A stretch of DNA of 64,000 nucleotides, taken from assembly GCA_965637545.1 (NCBI GenBank), contig OZ281500.1, forward strand, positions 8,866,001 through 8,930,000, read 5' to 3'. This document shows, piece by piece, positions 25,497 through 38,680 of the stretch. Below the pieces are notes generated by a model, which ran no database searches, was not told the origin of the DNA, and saw only the letters and a program-made list of their open reading frames with translations. A program made the translations under genes and the position numbers. Origin of the DNA: Phallusia mammillata (lineage: Eukaryota). Every line of letters begins with the position of its first letter. Within the stretch, counting starts at the first letter, position 1.

Positions 25497-25566
25497 TGAG
25501 CTCAGATATGTATTGTTCATCACTCATGAAGTTCTCAGAGTGAGCTGAGTAATATCATCACAGATC
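25497..25566 (-). ncRNA. Box C/D snoRNA, SNORD29/snR71-like (copy 2, first RPL9 intron)
   Basis: Box C GTGATGA, the same D' guide ACTCAGCTCACT+CTGA, C' GTGATGA, D CTGA. Confidence 0.85.
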
Positions 25567-25868
25567 ATCAAAAAAATCAAATTAGCCGACATTGATTGTT
25601 AAACTAAGGTTAGAACTGCTTTGTGGGTTACAATGCCGTGTAATATGAATTCGGGCCCTATGACCAACATATAATAGCAACAGAATGTAAAAGCCCTAGA
25701 ATAAGTCGTGTTGGTTATCGAACATAAATGCCCATGATAACATACCAAACGTGGAAAGTTACGTACCAACCTGTTACTAAAGCCATGCCACTTAATTTAC
25801 TGTAACTTTTAACCCTATTTCTTCAATTACAACGATGATTTACTCAGATCTTTCTCAAAACAACTTAC

Positions 25869-25894
25869 CTCACTGCCACACACTAGAAAAAGAC
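25869..25894 (-). promoter_or_regulatory. Non-coding first exon of RPL9 with 5'TOP-like pyrimidine tract
   Basis: Minus strand TCTTTTTCTAGTGTGTGGCAGTGAG|GTAAGT: a pyrimidine start followed by a canonical donor, typical of ribosomal-protein genes. Confidence 0.6.
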
Positions 25895-27306
25895 CATTGC
25901 TCGATTCGGCGATTGTATGGTATCCGGCTTATAACATACCGCAAGAGAGTGCACTTCGGAAAAATTTGTGATTTTTAACAGGAATTTTTCTTTTTTTAGG
26001 GAATTATTATAAGAAGAGGCCATATATTGTAAAAATAACCGAAAATGGTACTTTGAGAAACTTATGTGAAAAAAGCTATTCTGACTGTAGATGAAAGTTC
26101 AACAATTAACAATTATCAATTTACTGCAACATTACAAAACTGCACCCTTAAAAGTCCTGGATTAAAATCGAGTAAGGTACGCAAAAATTTTCCTTACGTA
26201 TCGAAAGGTCATCGAATTTTAGAACAGTCCGATTGCGTACGGTTTTACCGGCATGGGCCAAAAAAGTTGTAAATTAAATGTGATTTTTTGTCAATGTTAT
26301 TTATTTTGCGAAAATAATCGCTGGTAAAAAGGGTTTGACATGACAACGGCAGTAATATGTAAAATGCCGATGTAAAAGCAAACGCATTTTGCAGAGAAAT
26401 AGCAAGAGTAACAGATTCCCCTATATTAGGCCTATAGGCTGTAAAATGTAAAAAAAAACTTTATGGGCCAAGTTTGTACCTCTCCCCAAGATGATTGTTT
26501 TTGATAGAAATCCGGGTTCTGGCCACAAAATGGAGCAGTGAAACTGACCGTTCTGGGTGGGGCATTTAGAAGCGGTTTACTCGGAGAGCAATTTCCATGT
26601 TTATTGCTTAACATTTAGGCTATAAAGCAAACTGATGGCCAGCGTATCACCAAATGGGGAACTGCTATATTTTCATTTCGTGATGCTTAGCTACGCAAAC
26701 ATCATTTGACATCTAGACTTCGCTATTGATAAGTGTCGACATTTCACATATTTTTTAGTCATCTGAGCCGAAAACATTTCACATTATCTTTCAGTCATTT
26801 GAGCCAAAATGTGTAAAATATGTCTCTTAACCTTCAATGCGAGTCTTACGAGGTTTAGGAGCATTTCTTTAAGGCAAAATTAGCATGTGGGTTGGTAGTA
26901 CACGTTAATACACCATTCAATGTTGGTTTGTAATACATGATTCAATAAAACTTTGTAATGCATTGTTCAATGTTCGCTAAGGCCTTAATATTTTATCTGA
27001 TTATTTCTGTCCGCTAAATGTCGCACTGTCGCTGTCAGTTTTGTTCTCTGCCTATACATATTTTGTGAAACAAACCCTCCCGTATAGCAAAAAATACAGA
27101 ATTTTGTAATGATCAGCACGTACGACCCAAGAACTACTTTTATTAGGCAGGTACAGCGCAAAATATATTGTACCGCACACCACATGCAAAGAAATCAAAC
27201 ATTAGGCTCGCTATTGGCTCATGACAGAACCTATCCCAGCAACACAGCCATGGATTTAGTCGAATGGCATCAACACGAGAAGCAAAAATAGTGGTAACAA
27301 TTGAAA

Positions 27307-30300
27307 TCATGATCTTCGAGGAAAATTTCGTGTGTTCACAGCAACTTTTGGTTTCTTTTCCGTAGAAACCGCCTTAGCTTTTGTTTCATTTCTTTTAGTG
27401 GAAGAAACTTTAACGCGGCTTGTGGATGCTTTAAATTCGGGTTTTGCTGTGGGACGTTGCTTGTTTCGAAACATGCCTGTAATCGAGCGACGAAGCGAAG
27501 AATTCCTCGCAAGTGATTGAGGTGGCTTGTTTATGTCTTTTTCCTTAGAAGATGACGGCTTTGCCGCAGCACGTTGTTTTTTTGATTGGCGATTTTGTCC
27601 TACTGGCGAAGTAATGTTTACTGTAGTCGACCGATCAGCAGACTGATTTCCCTTTTTCTTTCGAAAAGACAAAGACTTCCATCTTTGGGTGCTAGAAGAT
27701 GGACGAGAAACATCCTTTTCTGGCTGTTTCGTCGCCAATTCGCGATTTGTTCTTGATAAAAACGAAAGCTTTCCGAATTTCCTTTGCGGTGATATAGGAA
27801 TCTGCGAGGGCCTGAGTTTACGCTTTGAAGTTGGATTGTCCGAAGTGGCGTCGCCTGACTTTTCACCTAGAAAATGTTGGCAAACAAATTAAAACACCAA
27901 TAGCACAACACCCTTTTAAAAGTTTAACTATACATAAAAGAACCCAGATGGTAAAAGAGCAGATGGAAAAACAACAACAAAGCTAAATGCAATCTAGTAA
28001 TGCAGCATGAGCACTTTGTTACGCATGCAAGGTTTTCGGGCATGAATGATGAAACTACTCTACAACATGCAGTGGAGCAAAACCCGCCGGCAGGAAACTT
28101 TATGTGTTAGTTGTAAGTCAACACCCAAACGCTAGCAAACAATCGGTGCGCAGTAATGCTATGGTGAACTCGGTTAGAAGCACGTCAAACTATCGACCTG
28201 GTTTGTTATGTACATAGAATTACCGACCTGTCGGTTCGATAAAACCGACACGGCCAAGCGAAGACGCCTTACGGCAAAACACACTGATGAAATGCTGGTC
28301 GACATAATGATTACACTGGCGAGATAAGACGACCAGAACGCACACAGTGGAACATAGCCAGGTACCGACGCCTGCTACTATTTACTGTGTGATGCGAAAG
28401 TGAGGTTGCTTAACGCAACGAGCGCAAACGCTACAACGTGCGCAAACAGAATTTCAAGATCTCTTGTGATGTACACACCACTTACAAATTCCTAAACCAA
28501 TGCTTGATCTTTATCCATGTTTCTGTAAAAAACAGAACAACCTTTTGAGCATATATGCTTCTCTGGACATGCGGTTATCGTGTATCTTGTGATAGTGATA
28601 AATTGTTCCTTAATGACAGTTGCCTACCAGCAGCTTTTAAAGCAAGCAAAGCAAGACAATAATTTTTGTCCAGTAGCAGTTCTTGGTGTGTCAAGAACCG
28701 CGTTGCTAATGTTTAGCTACAATCATCACCGTGTGAATTACATCGCTAGAAATTAGAATCAAGCGAAGCCATGGCTGTATACAGCAGAGCGTTCGGTTAT
28801 CGCTCATTCTTGTGGTGAGTAAAGCAACCGTAAATGAACTTTACGACATTGCGTTTTTAATGAGGGTGGCAATTTTGCAAGCCCATGAAACCAACCCCGC
28901 TTTTACTGCAGCGCGCAGTGTTGCTTCTTTTTATCTGCAGCCAGCTTAGATATGTGGTTGCTTTTCGACGCCACTCTGCTGCCTTGAGTGCTCGAAGCAG
29001 GGAGCCGAATTGCTGCCGGTGTGTCGTCCATTTCTTTACATATACAACAAACGTGGCAGTTCGAACTTAGCAAAATACAAACACGTTCAAAGCAAAATTC
29101 ATGCTAACCAGTGCAACAGACCAACAAGCCGCAAAGCGCATTCCGCGGCTGTGGCAGTTTACAACTGGTGCGATAAAAAAATTTCAGCCCTTCGGAGTCG
29201 CTGATTCAGTAACGTGCGTGATTTTGTTATGATTCAAACTTATACAACAGACCAATACCGGTTCCTGTACTGACCAGGAACGATCGAAACGGGCTAATCA
29301 ATATAATCAAGCGCGTCCTCAAATTCTTCGTCGTCGGAAGAGCTCTCGTTGAAAAACGGTGGCTGGTTGGAGAGCGGCGAGACGAAGTGTGATTTTATGG
29401 CTACATGCACTTGATCAATGCCTGAAAACAAACCGGGCCATGAAACGTTAAGGCGCTGTACGTCCGCTATGGACATCGATCCACGTTTGCCTTTCTAAAA
29501 TATTTTCTGGGATTTCAGGCGAATCAAAAGGCTTGTGACAAATGATGGAAATTCCCAGTTAACATTTGCACTGTTTTACGATCAGAGACGCCCGATAACC
29601 GCATTCGCCGCCTAAATCGACACAAATGAAACGAAGTTACGTCACAAATGTCACATCTGTCAATGGCATCGAGAATTTACGATCACGCCGTGCGGCACAC
29701 CCCAGTAACACCTACACCATTAATGCCAGGCTGCAATTTGCTGGCATGAACATGTTGTTAATGGTTAAAAATGTACTCGCTATTTTAGGTTATTATGGAT
29801 GACTATGCTATAATGCAATAGGGACTCGTTTGGTAAACCAGTCTTCACCCATCCTTTTTTTACCGATGTTGTATGCGTACCTTATTATTGATGAGATTAT
29901 TTAAGACATTCTGTAAAAAACGGTTACTAAGTTAGTTAAATCCAAGGGAAATAAATAAAACAAGGTTTATCTTTAATGCATAAAGTTTCAGGTTTGAATC
30001 GTTAAGTCAAACCAGAACGTTTTGCAACACGCAACCAAAGGCTAAAGTGAAACAAAAGTGGTTTTGCACAAACTTTACGCTATTTGCGACAAGCCGCTAC
30101 TCAAGACACAGAACATCGATCATCAGCCTGTGCTTCTTGGTGCCTCTGTTGGCGAGCTAGGAAAGCCATAACCAAAACAGGAAAAACAGTTATTTTTATA
30201 GATTGCTATAAAATAGAGCACAGCCATTTTAAATGAGTTTTGCAAAAACAAAAACTTAACATACCAAAGTAAATATTAACCCTTTCTGCAAGGTCGTTTT

Positions 30301-33300
30301 ACATAAAAACCATTCAAACGTTGGAAAGACATTTAAATATAACGTATTTAACGGTTTTAACCTTTGTGTGGCAAGAAATATTTAACACGATTTCATGCAG
30401 AAAACCTACCAGCAATTTGTGGCGTGTCCTCGCTATCACTGTTGTTCGATGCCACACTTTTTGCTCGAGAATCTACAGACGAACCACTGGTCGGTACTTG
30501 AGTATCATGAGACGTGTTGACTTCGGTAGTAACTGCGTCTTGCTTTGGTTTAAAGGCTGCGAGGACTTTGTTTAATGTGGGAGAGACGTCTTTGGGTGGT
30601 TCAGTCGGAATGTCTTTCGAGCTCTCTGGTAAAGTGACTGGAATTGGGATTTTTCCGTTTGACATAGTTGTGGTTTCCATTTCAAGCATTTCTTCGACGA
30701 TAAGACCGATATCGTTGGCCGACAAAGGTTCTTCATTGCCTTGAGGAATATCTTCGGAACGTGTTTTGGGTTTCTCAACTTCTATGTACTCTTCTGGGGT
30801 CTCTATATCAGGCGAAGGAACCGCAGCCGTTTTGTCCAGGCAAATCTGACTCATGACGTCGTTAAGTTGACCAATTTCTTTAACGGTTAAGTCATCACTC
30901 ACCGTGCTGCAAGTTTCTGTATCACTAGACTGGTTTGATTTTGAGTGGGCTTTCACATCAACTTCAAGAATTTTAATGTCATTTGTTTTGTCGGAAGTGT
31001 TAGTTTCCACATGAACATCAGCTTCAGTAGTTTTCACATTGTTCGGTTTGTCGATAGAGACATTAGCTTCAATGGGAGGTTTGGCAATTACATCAGCTTC
31101 AACAGTTTTAACATTGTTGGGTTTGTCGATAGAGACATTAGTTTCAATGGGAGCTTTGGCAATTACATCAGCTTCAACAGTTTTAACATTGTTGGGTTTA
31201 TTGGTGCAAGCGTTTTTATGACTGGCCTCCGCAACTGGAATTGAATCAACAACGTCGGTCGGCTGTTGGCTTACGGGGTCAGGTGGGTTTGGTGTTTGCT
31301 GACGGTTGCTGGTTTTTTCTCTGTCCTCTGTGGTTTTTTTAGCGTCAGGGAGTTGATCTACAGAAGACCGATCAAGGGGCGTTACTGATGTACTATCAGC
31401 AACCTTTGGTTTGTCGACATCAGCTTCTGTACATAAAGAGTTATCTTTGCTGGTAGTCTGTTGGTTTTGCTTCGATTCAGCTTCGGTAACTTTTGTTTGA
31501 CTTTGACTAATATCGTCGTTTATCGCTTTAGTAGCACTCATCTTGCGTAGGGCATCGGTTCTGGGACTTCTGCAGTAACAAAAATGAGGAATGTAATGTG
31601 TTTGCGAACGTTAATAGGCTTCTGTTTACAAAACAAAAATTCATGCAAAACAAATAACATATTGTACGTTTTTGGAGAAGCCGGTGCATGGTCTGGTGAA
31701 GATTTCTTCAAATTAAATCCTTTCCTTATGTCTTTCAACAAGTTGTCGATAATATTTTCCTGCAAAGACAACACACAAACAAACGGTATTTTCGACAAAA
31801 TAGTAGTACAAAACTGTGTAATACGATTTCCAAAATCGAGACGCTACAAAATAGTTGACTGTAGGGGGTTATTTCAGGCTTTGTACCTCAGCAGGTGGTG
31901 GAGCGTGTCTTTTGCTCTTGGGTTTCCCGCTTTTAATTCTTTCAGCCTCCTGGGCTTCTCTTTTCTTCTTCTTTTCTTCGGCAATGGCGCGTTCCTTATT
32001 CTCTTTGATTGCTTTCTTAATCTTTAATTCAAAAAATGTGATCAATGACTCCCAAAAAAATGGTTTGTCTTACCATTATCAAACAGTTTAACCATGTTAA
32101 TTAAGTTTAACCCGCAAACAAGCACATGTCCTTGTTACACGCTTGACAGGCGAAAATCCAGCGATCTGTTGCAAATTAGCAATTCCATGCCGAAAAACAA
32201 CAGGTTACCTTATACAGGGATCTATTTGCAAGGTATACAGTACCATAAAACGAATGGCGACGGTTATCTGTTAACAAAACCGCGCATTTTCTGAAGCAAA
32301 TTAATGAAATGTTAAATTTCTAAACCGTGTCAAGCTAGGGAAATTGGCAGCCCGGTAATTGATAGTGCTGGGTCAAAACAGTTAACAAACACTCCACTAG
32401 GTTGTCTGATGACAAAACGCAATTAGAGACCGCTACAACAAATAGCGATGATTTACTGCTTGTAAAACCAGTACGTGTATTTACAGACCAAACATACCAA
32501 TTCTATTTCAGAGTGGATTTATTGGTTTTTAAGGGTTTGTGTATTGGCATGTGCCTGGCGATGAAACGACTACAGTACCTGGTTTGAAAATTTAGCAAAG
32601 GTCGAGATTCCATCTTCCAATCTGAATTTCCTTTCATCTTCGACAAGGTAGTTTGCCAAATCAGTTCGTAACACCTCGATTTCATCCAAATTGTCTTCAA
32701 GCAGTTTTACGCGGTCTGCTGCATTGCCAAGAAATTCTTCAAACTGCTTCTTTATCTCATCTGATGCTTTATCGACCTAAGAACGTTTAGATATGAAAAA
32801 AGTGATTCTGACATTCGAAATAACTCCAAAGTTTAATATTTGTACATGGACGTTTTAATTAGTGGAATGACTAATTTGACAAAACATAGTGCCTACACAT
32901 CGAGAAACTGAGGTGGCCTACATGTACCTAAATATGAAACAAGTTTGCTTTTAGCCACTAAATGCAAATTTGATGTAACGACATAAATACGTCGATAAAC
33001 CGCTTCCTTTAGTGGTTAGTAGTATGATGTACAATGTGGTTAAAATTATATTAAAATAGTTGGACTATCGACCGTAACCAGAAGTGTGAATAACCTGACG
33101 TTGCAGCTTGCTGATAACGCCGGTCAAGCGCTTCACGTCCTTTTGTATCTGCTCGACCGACACATTTTGGCATTTCTCGACACCGATTAGATCTTCAGGC
33201 AAGGTGAGAAGTTCTGGGTGCTTTTTCTCCGCTTCCATCACCACGTAATGGAGCAACGTCATACGAGGTTTGTTCGCTTTAGTTTCAGCCAACTGCGAAT

Positions 33301-36300
33301 AATTAACTTTATGTGTACGTCACCGCAAGGTTAATTGCTTTTACACTCTTAATCCAAGCCACGAGGGGAATCAATCACGTTGTACCAGCAAACCAAGCCA
33401 AGTTACCGCTTTGACATTTGATGTTTATCAAGTTCAACCGGCCTGTTTACTTTAAGCATCAACCCCTAGATCCGGGGTACCAGGTGCTTGTCTGAGCTTG
33501 GTTGATCCCTAATAAGAGTGGCATTTCCCTGGTTGACGGCTACCAACCAACTATTCAGCTTTGTGACATTTGATGACATTATATTTGGTGTGTCACTGCT
33601 TTGGTTGATTACAACCCGTACGATGGTTTCATTCACTGTTGAGTGTCATGAATGCTCACCATTGTTATTGGTGCTCATTCAACGACATATGGTGCATTGT
33701 ATACAGTGAAAGTAGTGATTGATTCTGCCGTTACGTGAAAATATCAATCCGTTCAAATTCTGGGTTGTATTAAATCTTTCAATTCGGCGCGATAAATAAA
33801 GGGTTTACCTTCAGCAGTGATGTTATTTTGAAACCTTGCGCGTCACCCGAGTGTGCACCGAAGTTCATGAAGTTGCCCGTTTTGAGAATAAGCAAGAGAA
33901 AGTCTTCTAACTTCTTGCAAGAACGAATTTCTACATAAAATATTGATGCCATACAAGGTTAGGTAACTTTGCGCAACAAGTTTTTTTTATACAGGCACAC
34001 TGAAGTCAGTAAATTACAGAAATTGCCTTGTCATGAAAATGCATTGTTCACAACGTTGTCGAAACAACGGTTTTGTTTGGAGACCAAGTGTGACATTTTT
34101 TTGCTAATCTGATGAAAAAGATTTGAAAAGCCCATCTGACCTTTACACGCCTTTTTGACGTCACGCATTGTGGGCTCGATATCTGACATCTCGTCTTCAA
34201 AACTCTCACGGATAATGGAGGCTTCAATGCAAAGTTGATAACTGGGAATTTGCGATAGGGCAAGGAAATACTTCTCAACGTTGCCCAAAAGAGCCGGGTC
34301 TCCAGTATAGGCGTGAATCATCTCAATTTCGGATTGTTCGGGAAGGAATTTCAGCATGTTGCGTAATTTCTCTTCGGCTGCGAGAAAATCGTTCACGGAT
34401 GAATTCACTTGCGGTCACGGGCACGCCTTTTGCGTAAGCAGTTTTTGTGCCAAAAATGAAATTCCACAAAGAATGCCCGCCCATAAAGTAAAAACTGAAA
34501 AAAACTTACCTATCTTTAGTTTAAGTTTAGAAAACATACGAAGAATATTTCCTAGCGCTATTTAGTATATTGTTCCTACAAATACTGTGACTAGGCAGTG
34601 AAATAGTGCCAGTAATAAATATCGACTTTCACATTTACTTAAGCTATGAAGTATTGCTGCTGCAAATGCGACTAGAGTGCCGTGGAATGAGTGCTACTAA
34701 TAAAAGCTTCTTATTTTCACTAATACTGTTAAACCGTTTTTAAAGCACATATAAACTGGCTTCACATCCAAATGATAAATAATTCATCTCCCCACTTAAG
34801 ATTTCTCTGTTTCCTTCCTTCAGCGCTTGCACGATCACGTCGTTACTGAGTCGAAATTGACGCAGAAATATATTGATGTTGAGACTGCGACGGGAATCTA
34901 CCAGACTTACCTTCGAAAAGAAATAAACATTATGGTGTTTTTGTCATCATTAAGGCAACAATGCCAAGCTAAACCAGCAAAAAATGTGTTTATATACATA
35001 CTTCAGTTGGTGCCGATTTTTTTGTTTCCTTTGCCGGCGCTTTGGAAATAACTTTTTGCGCAAACAGCTCTTCAATAGCTTTGTAGTTCGGTTCGACATC
35101 TGTCGCTCCTTGCTGGCCGAGTGAATCCCACACACTGTTACTTCTGCAGCAACCATAAAACGTTTCAAATACACCCAGTTTAAGGAAACGTTGAATTTAT
35201 TATTGAACTTTACCTTGTTCGCAGTGTGTTGCTGGGAATCTTTTGCCAATTGAACTTACGTAGCTTCGAACTGGGTTTAGGTACAGACACAGAGCGTCGG
35301 ACTGGGAGAGTGCTGTAAGACTGATTTGCTGTCATTGGGATGATTCCCCCTGGTGGTGGAGGGATACCTCCCATAGGTGGAGGTGGTGGAATTCCCCCCA
35401 TAGGTGGAGGTGCTGGAATTCCTCCCATTGGAGGAGGCGGAGGAATTCCACCCATGGGTGGTGGAGGAGGGATACCTCCCATTGGAGGAGGTGGTGGAAT
35501 TCCTCCTACAGGAGGAGGCGGAGGAATTCCCACCATAGGTGGAGGTGGTGGAATTCCTCCCATGGGAGGAGGCGGAGGAATTCCGCCCGAAGGTGGAGGT
35601 AGCGGAATTCCTCCTATAGGTGGGGGTGATGGAATTCCCCCAATAGGTGGAGGTGGGGGAATAACTCCCGTTGGAGGCGGTGGAGGTATCGTCCCAGCAG
35701 GAGGGGGCGGAGAAATTCCTTTGATTGGGGGTGGTGGAGGAATACCACTTGCTGCAGGAGTAACACTTCCCGAGGGTGGTGGTGGTGGTGGAGGGGGAAT
35801 GTTGCCCTGGGGCGGTAAGGATGAAACAATACTTGAAGGAGTTGGTATTGGAGGTTGCGGGATGACATTTGTCTTTTCCTGGGGAGCGTCTGTCTGGATC
35901 TTGACGTCTTTCTTAGGAGCACGCCGCGTCGAATTTTCTCTCCCTTTTGCCAATTTTTTTCCTTCTTGTGCAGTTTTTATAACCACTGCCTTTTGCACCA
36001 GGACCTCAACAGCTTCCCATATTGAGTCCGCCAATGGATCTTCCGTGTTAATCTGGAGAAAACTTTGAAGCACGGCAAGAAGATGGTTCCCCTGCGGCCC
36101 CGTGCAAACCTGAAGACCATGTAAGTTCCAATCGGTCTATGTGAATTCAAATTACCCACAACAACGTACGTACTTTGTTGAAAACCGCCGAAAACACGTC
36201 TTGGTGGTTGTTAAGGTCGATGCCAGAGGCGTTTGTTAATTCAGCTATCTCTTCATCGTCAACGAGTTTGCGCTCCTCAAACACTTCAAGTTGAATTAGC

Positions 36301-38680
36301 AAATCCTCGGATTCGCTGTGACTGAGAACAATATGAACTCTCGTCTCGTAACCACCAGCGATTAAAATGCTTTGCGACTTCATGCAACGCTGAATAAACC
36401 ACAGTGAAAATCACGGCAACACGAACATGCAATTTTTGCCAAACATTTGTAGAGCGAAAAAGCAATTCAATAAATCAGATTTTTGCGTTAGGTTCTTCAC
36501 AAGATTGTGCAATATGTAGGAAGGGATTTTCTCATTGACCAGTTTATCCTATGAGTTGCAGTTTAATGCCAAACAATTACCAATAACTTATTACACTTGA
36601 TTAACATTTCAAACAATAACAACAATATACTCCAACATCCAGTTTACGGCAATAAACGCGGCTATTTGCAAATTCTTTTTCCAGAAATTGCAACTTGGCG
36701 CAAAACCAGCCTCAAGCGTTATAAATTTTAAGCGTAAAAGTTCAAACATGTTTTACCAACTGTCGGGCTCCTGAAACGCTTTGGTTCTAGAAAGTAACAA
36801 AACCGTTTGCTTTCATGATATATATTGGAACTAATGATTCGTACAATATTTAGATAATATTGCATCAATTAAGAAGTTATAATGCATCAGGAATGTTATA
36901 TTTTTGTAATTTTCAATCAACCTGTAGATAAGATAATGCAAGATTAATACTGGTAAAGTTTACATATGCTGTGAGTGAAGTTCAACCAAATATGTTGATG
37001 CAGTCGTCGTGCAGCATAAGCATGTTTACAACTGTTAGAAATTCACGGGAAGCAACACACACACCGCCATGCACCGTATGACACGCATGCAGCCCCAGTT
37101 CTCCGACAAACCAATGTCGAAGAGTGCAAAAGTGCCTAACAACGCACACAGGAAGGGGTATGGTGAAGGACATGCGAATGTTCTATATAATAGGGTTAAA
37201 AAGGGGAGTATATTGCTGTGTGAAATGGGCGTTAGTAATATGGTTAGCAGAACCCGTGAAAGCCAACATCTAACACACAATGCTACTGAGCGTTCGCCAG
37301 AGCTGCAACTTACAATTCGGAAACGAGCTGAGTTTCCCTGTGGTTGAGTGAAAGCAGTGTTACTGTTAACCAAATGCAGTGCAGTAGTTATACCCTGGTA
37401 TAAAATGCCATGCCGTGTGCACTAGCACCTGGTCAACATTCAAAGCGTTAGTCACGCTTCGTAAACAACAAATAAACCAATATGGGCCCAAAGCAACTGC
37501 AAGCGTCTCCACCGTTAACGGATATTACGCTAACAAAAAATGCCCATGCACATGTTTGTGCCCAAAATCGATACAAGCTATTACAACAAAGCTTACCGAA
37601 GCTGGGAAAATGTATCCAAGATTTGCAAACCTAAATATGACAACAAAAGCAATTTTGAGTACGGGGTTACAATTTTTCAACATACTCGTACCTACCAATA
37701 AATTCGTTTCGCAACTGAATTCTGTCATGTAGTGAATCTGTCGACAGTATGACCGCATTAACGAAAGAGAGCACTGCGGTTTGATAAGGGGCGTTTTCGG
37801 TGGCCTTCAGTTCATTTACAGCCACGCTGAAGCGATACCGTTGCGACTTGGATTGCTGTAAAACAAACATACAGTGAAATTGATGTTAATTTATTGTGTA
37901 GCAGGGTCACAGGAGCATAGTGGCCGCCAACTCTACCTTATAATGTTCCATGGCATCAATAGCCCGTAGTTTTCCATCAGCTGAGTAAATACACATAGCA
38001 GCAAGCAGTTCAAACACCTGCTTTTTTACCATCACGTTGCTGCTGTCCAGGGCTGAATACAAACAACGAAATGTAAACTTAGATGGGTTTATTACATATG
38101 CTTGGCGCATTCGCACATACCAGTAGATAGCATTCGGGTGTAATCGTTCTTTGAGATCACGTGATCCAGCCCTGTGCGAGAGTTCATCACGGACTTGACG
38201 CACCTAATTGGACAGGCATGTAATTAGTCTTCGCAAAGCAACTTACAGCGTAACAACCGGACAGGTATAGTTGACACACCCAACGCAGTGCAGCAACTCC
38301 ATGGATTTGAGTATCGACGTTTTTGACGATCGGGCTGTTTCGTTTGAAAGCCGTTCCAGGGTGGTAAATAGAACACCCAGTCCGTCCAAGTCCAAAAACC
38401 CCTAAACATATCATGGTACGTAACGTATTATATTTGCCATATCTCTTGAATACGTTGTTTTAAATACGGTGTGAAGCTATATGCTTACAAGCATCCATTC
38501 TTCTGAACACTCCTGAATTTTTCTTCTTAATCCAGAAAAGTTTTGCACTGATGGAAAGTGCAACAGTTTAATGCAGAGTTCTGGTTCTGCATTTTCTAAG
38601 TTTGAGAGAGTTTCTTCGGCCTCTGTCCTCTCTTTTTTCTGGGCCTGGGCAGCAATACTAGACCAACGTTTTTTAAGCAT
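27307..38680 (-). CDS. INF2: Inverted formin 2-type formin (DID-FH1-FH2-WH2/DAD) with several candidate alternative terminal exons
   Basis: DID: [65 protein letters not shown]1: GGIPPPPPM repeats. FH2: [56 protein letters not shown]: [17 protein letters not shown]. Confidence 0.93.
30960..31200 (-). repeat. 75-nt (25-aa) coding tandem repeat in the formin tail
   Basis: [15 protein letters not shown](A/P)PIE(T/A)NVSID twice, plus two decayed units. Confidence 0.85.
35345..35760 (-). repeat. FH1 polyproline coding repeat (~27-nt GGIPPPPPx units)
   Basis: More than 10 GGIPPPPP-type units in ORF 35210-36073. Confidence 0.9.

Noticed and set aside
28486-28522. 37-nt exon-like segment (ttttacag|..|gtaagt) in the last formin intron
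   Set aside because: Shifts frame, and I found no compatible downstream exon; may be UTR or NMD splicing or chance.
35340-36068. 242-aa Gly-rich plus-strand ORF
   Set aside because: Antisense shadow of the FH1 polyproline repeat.
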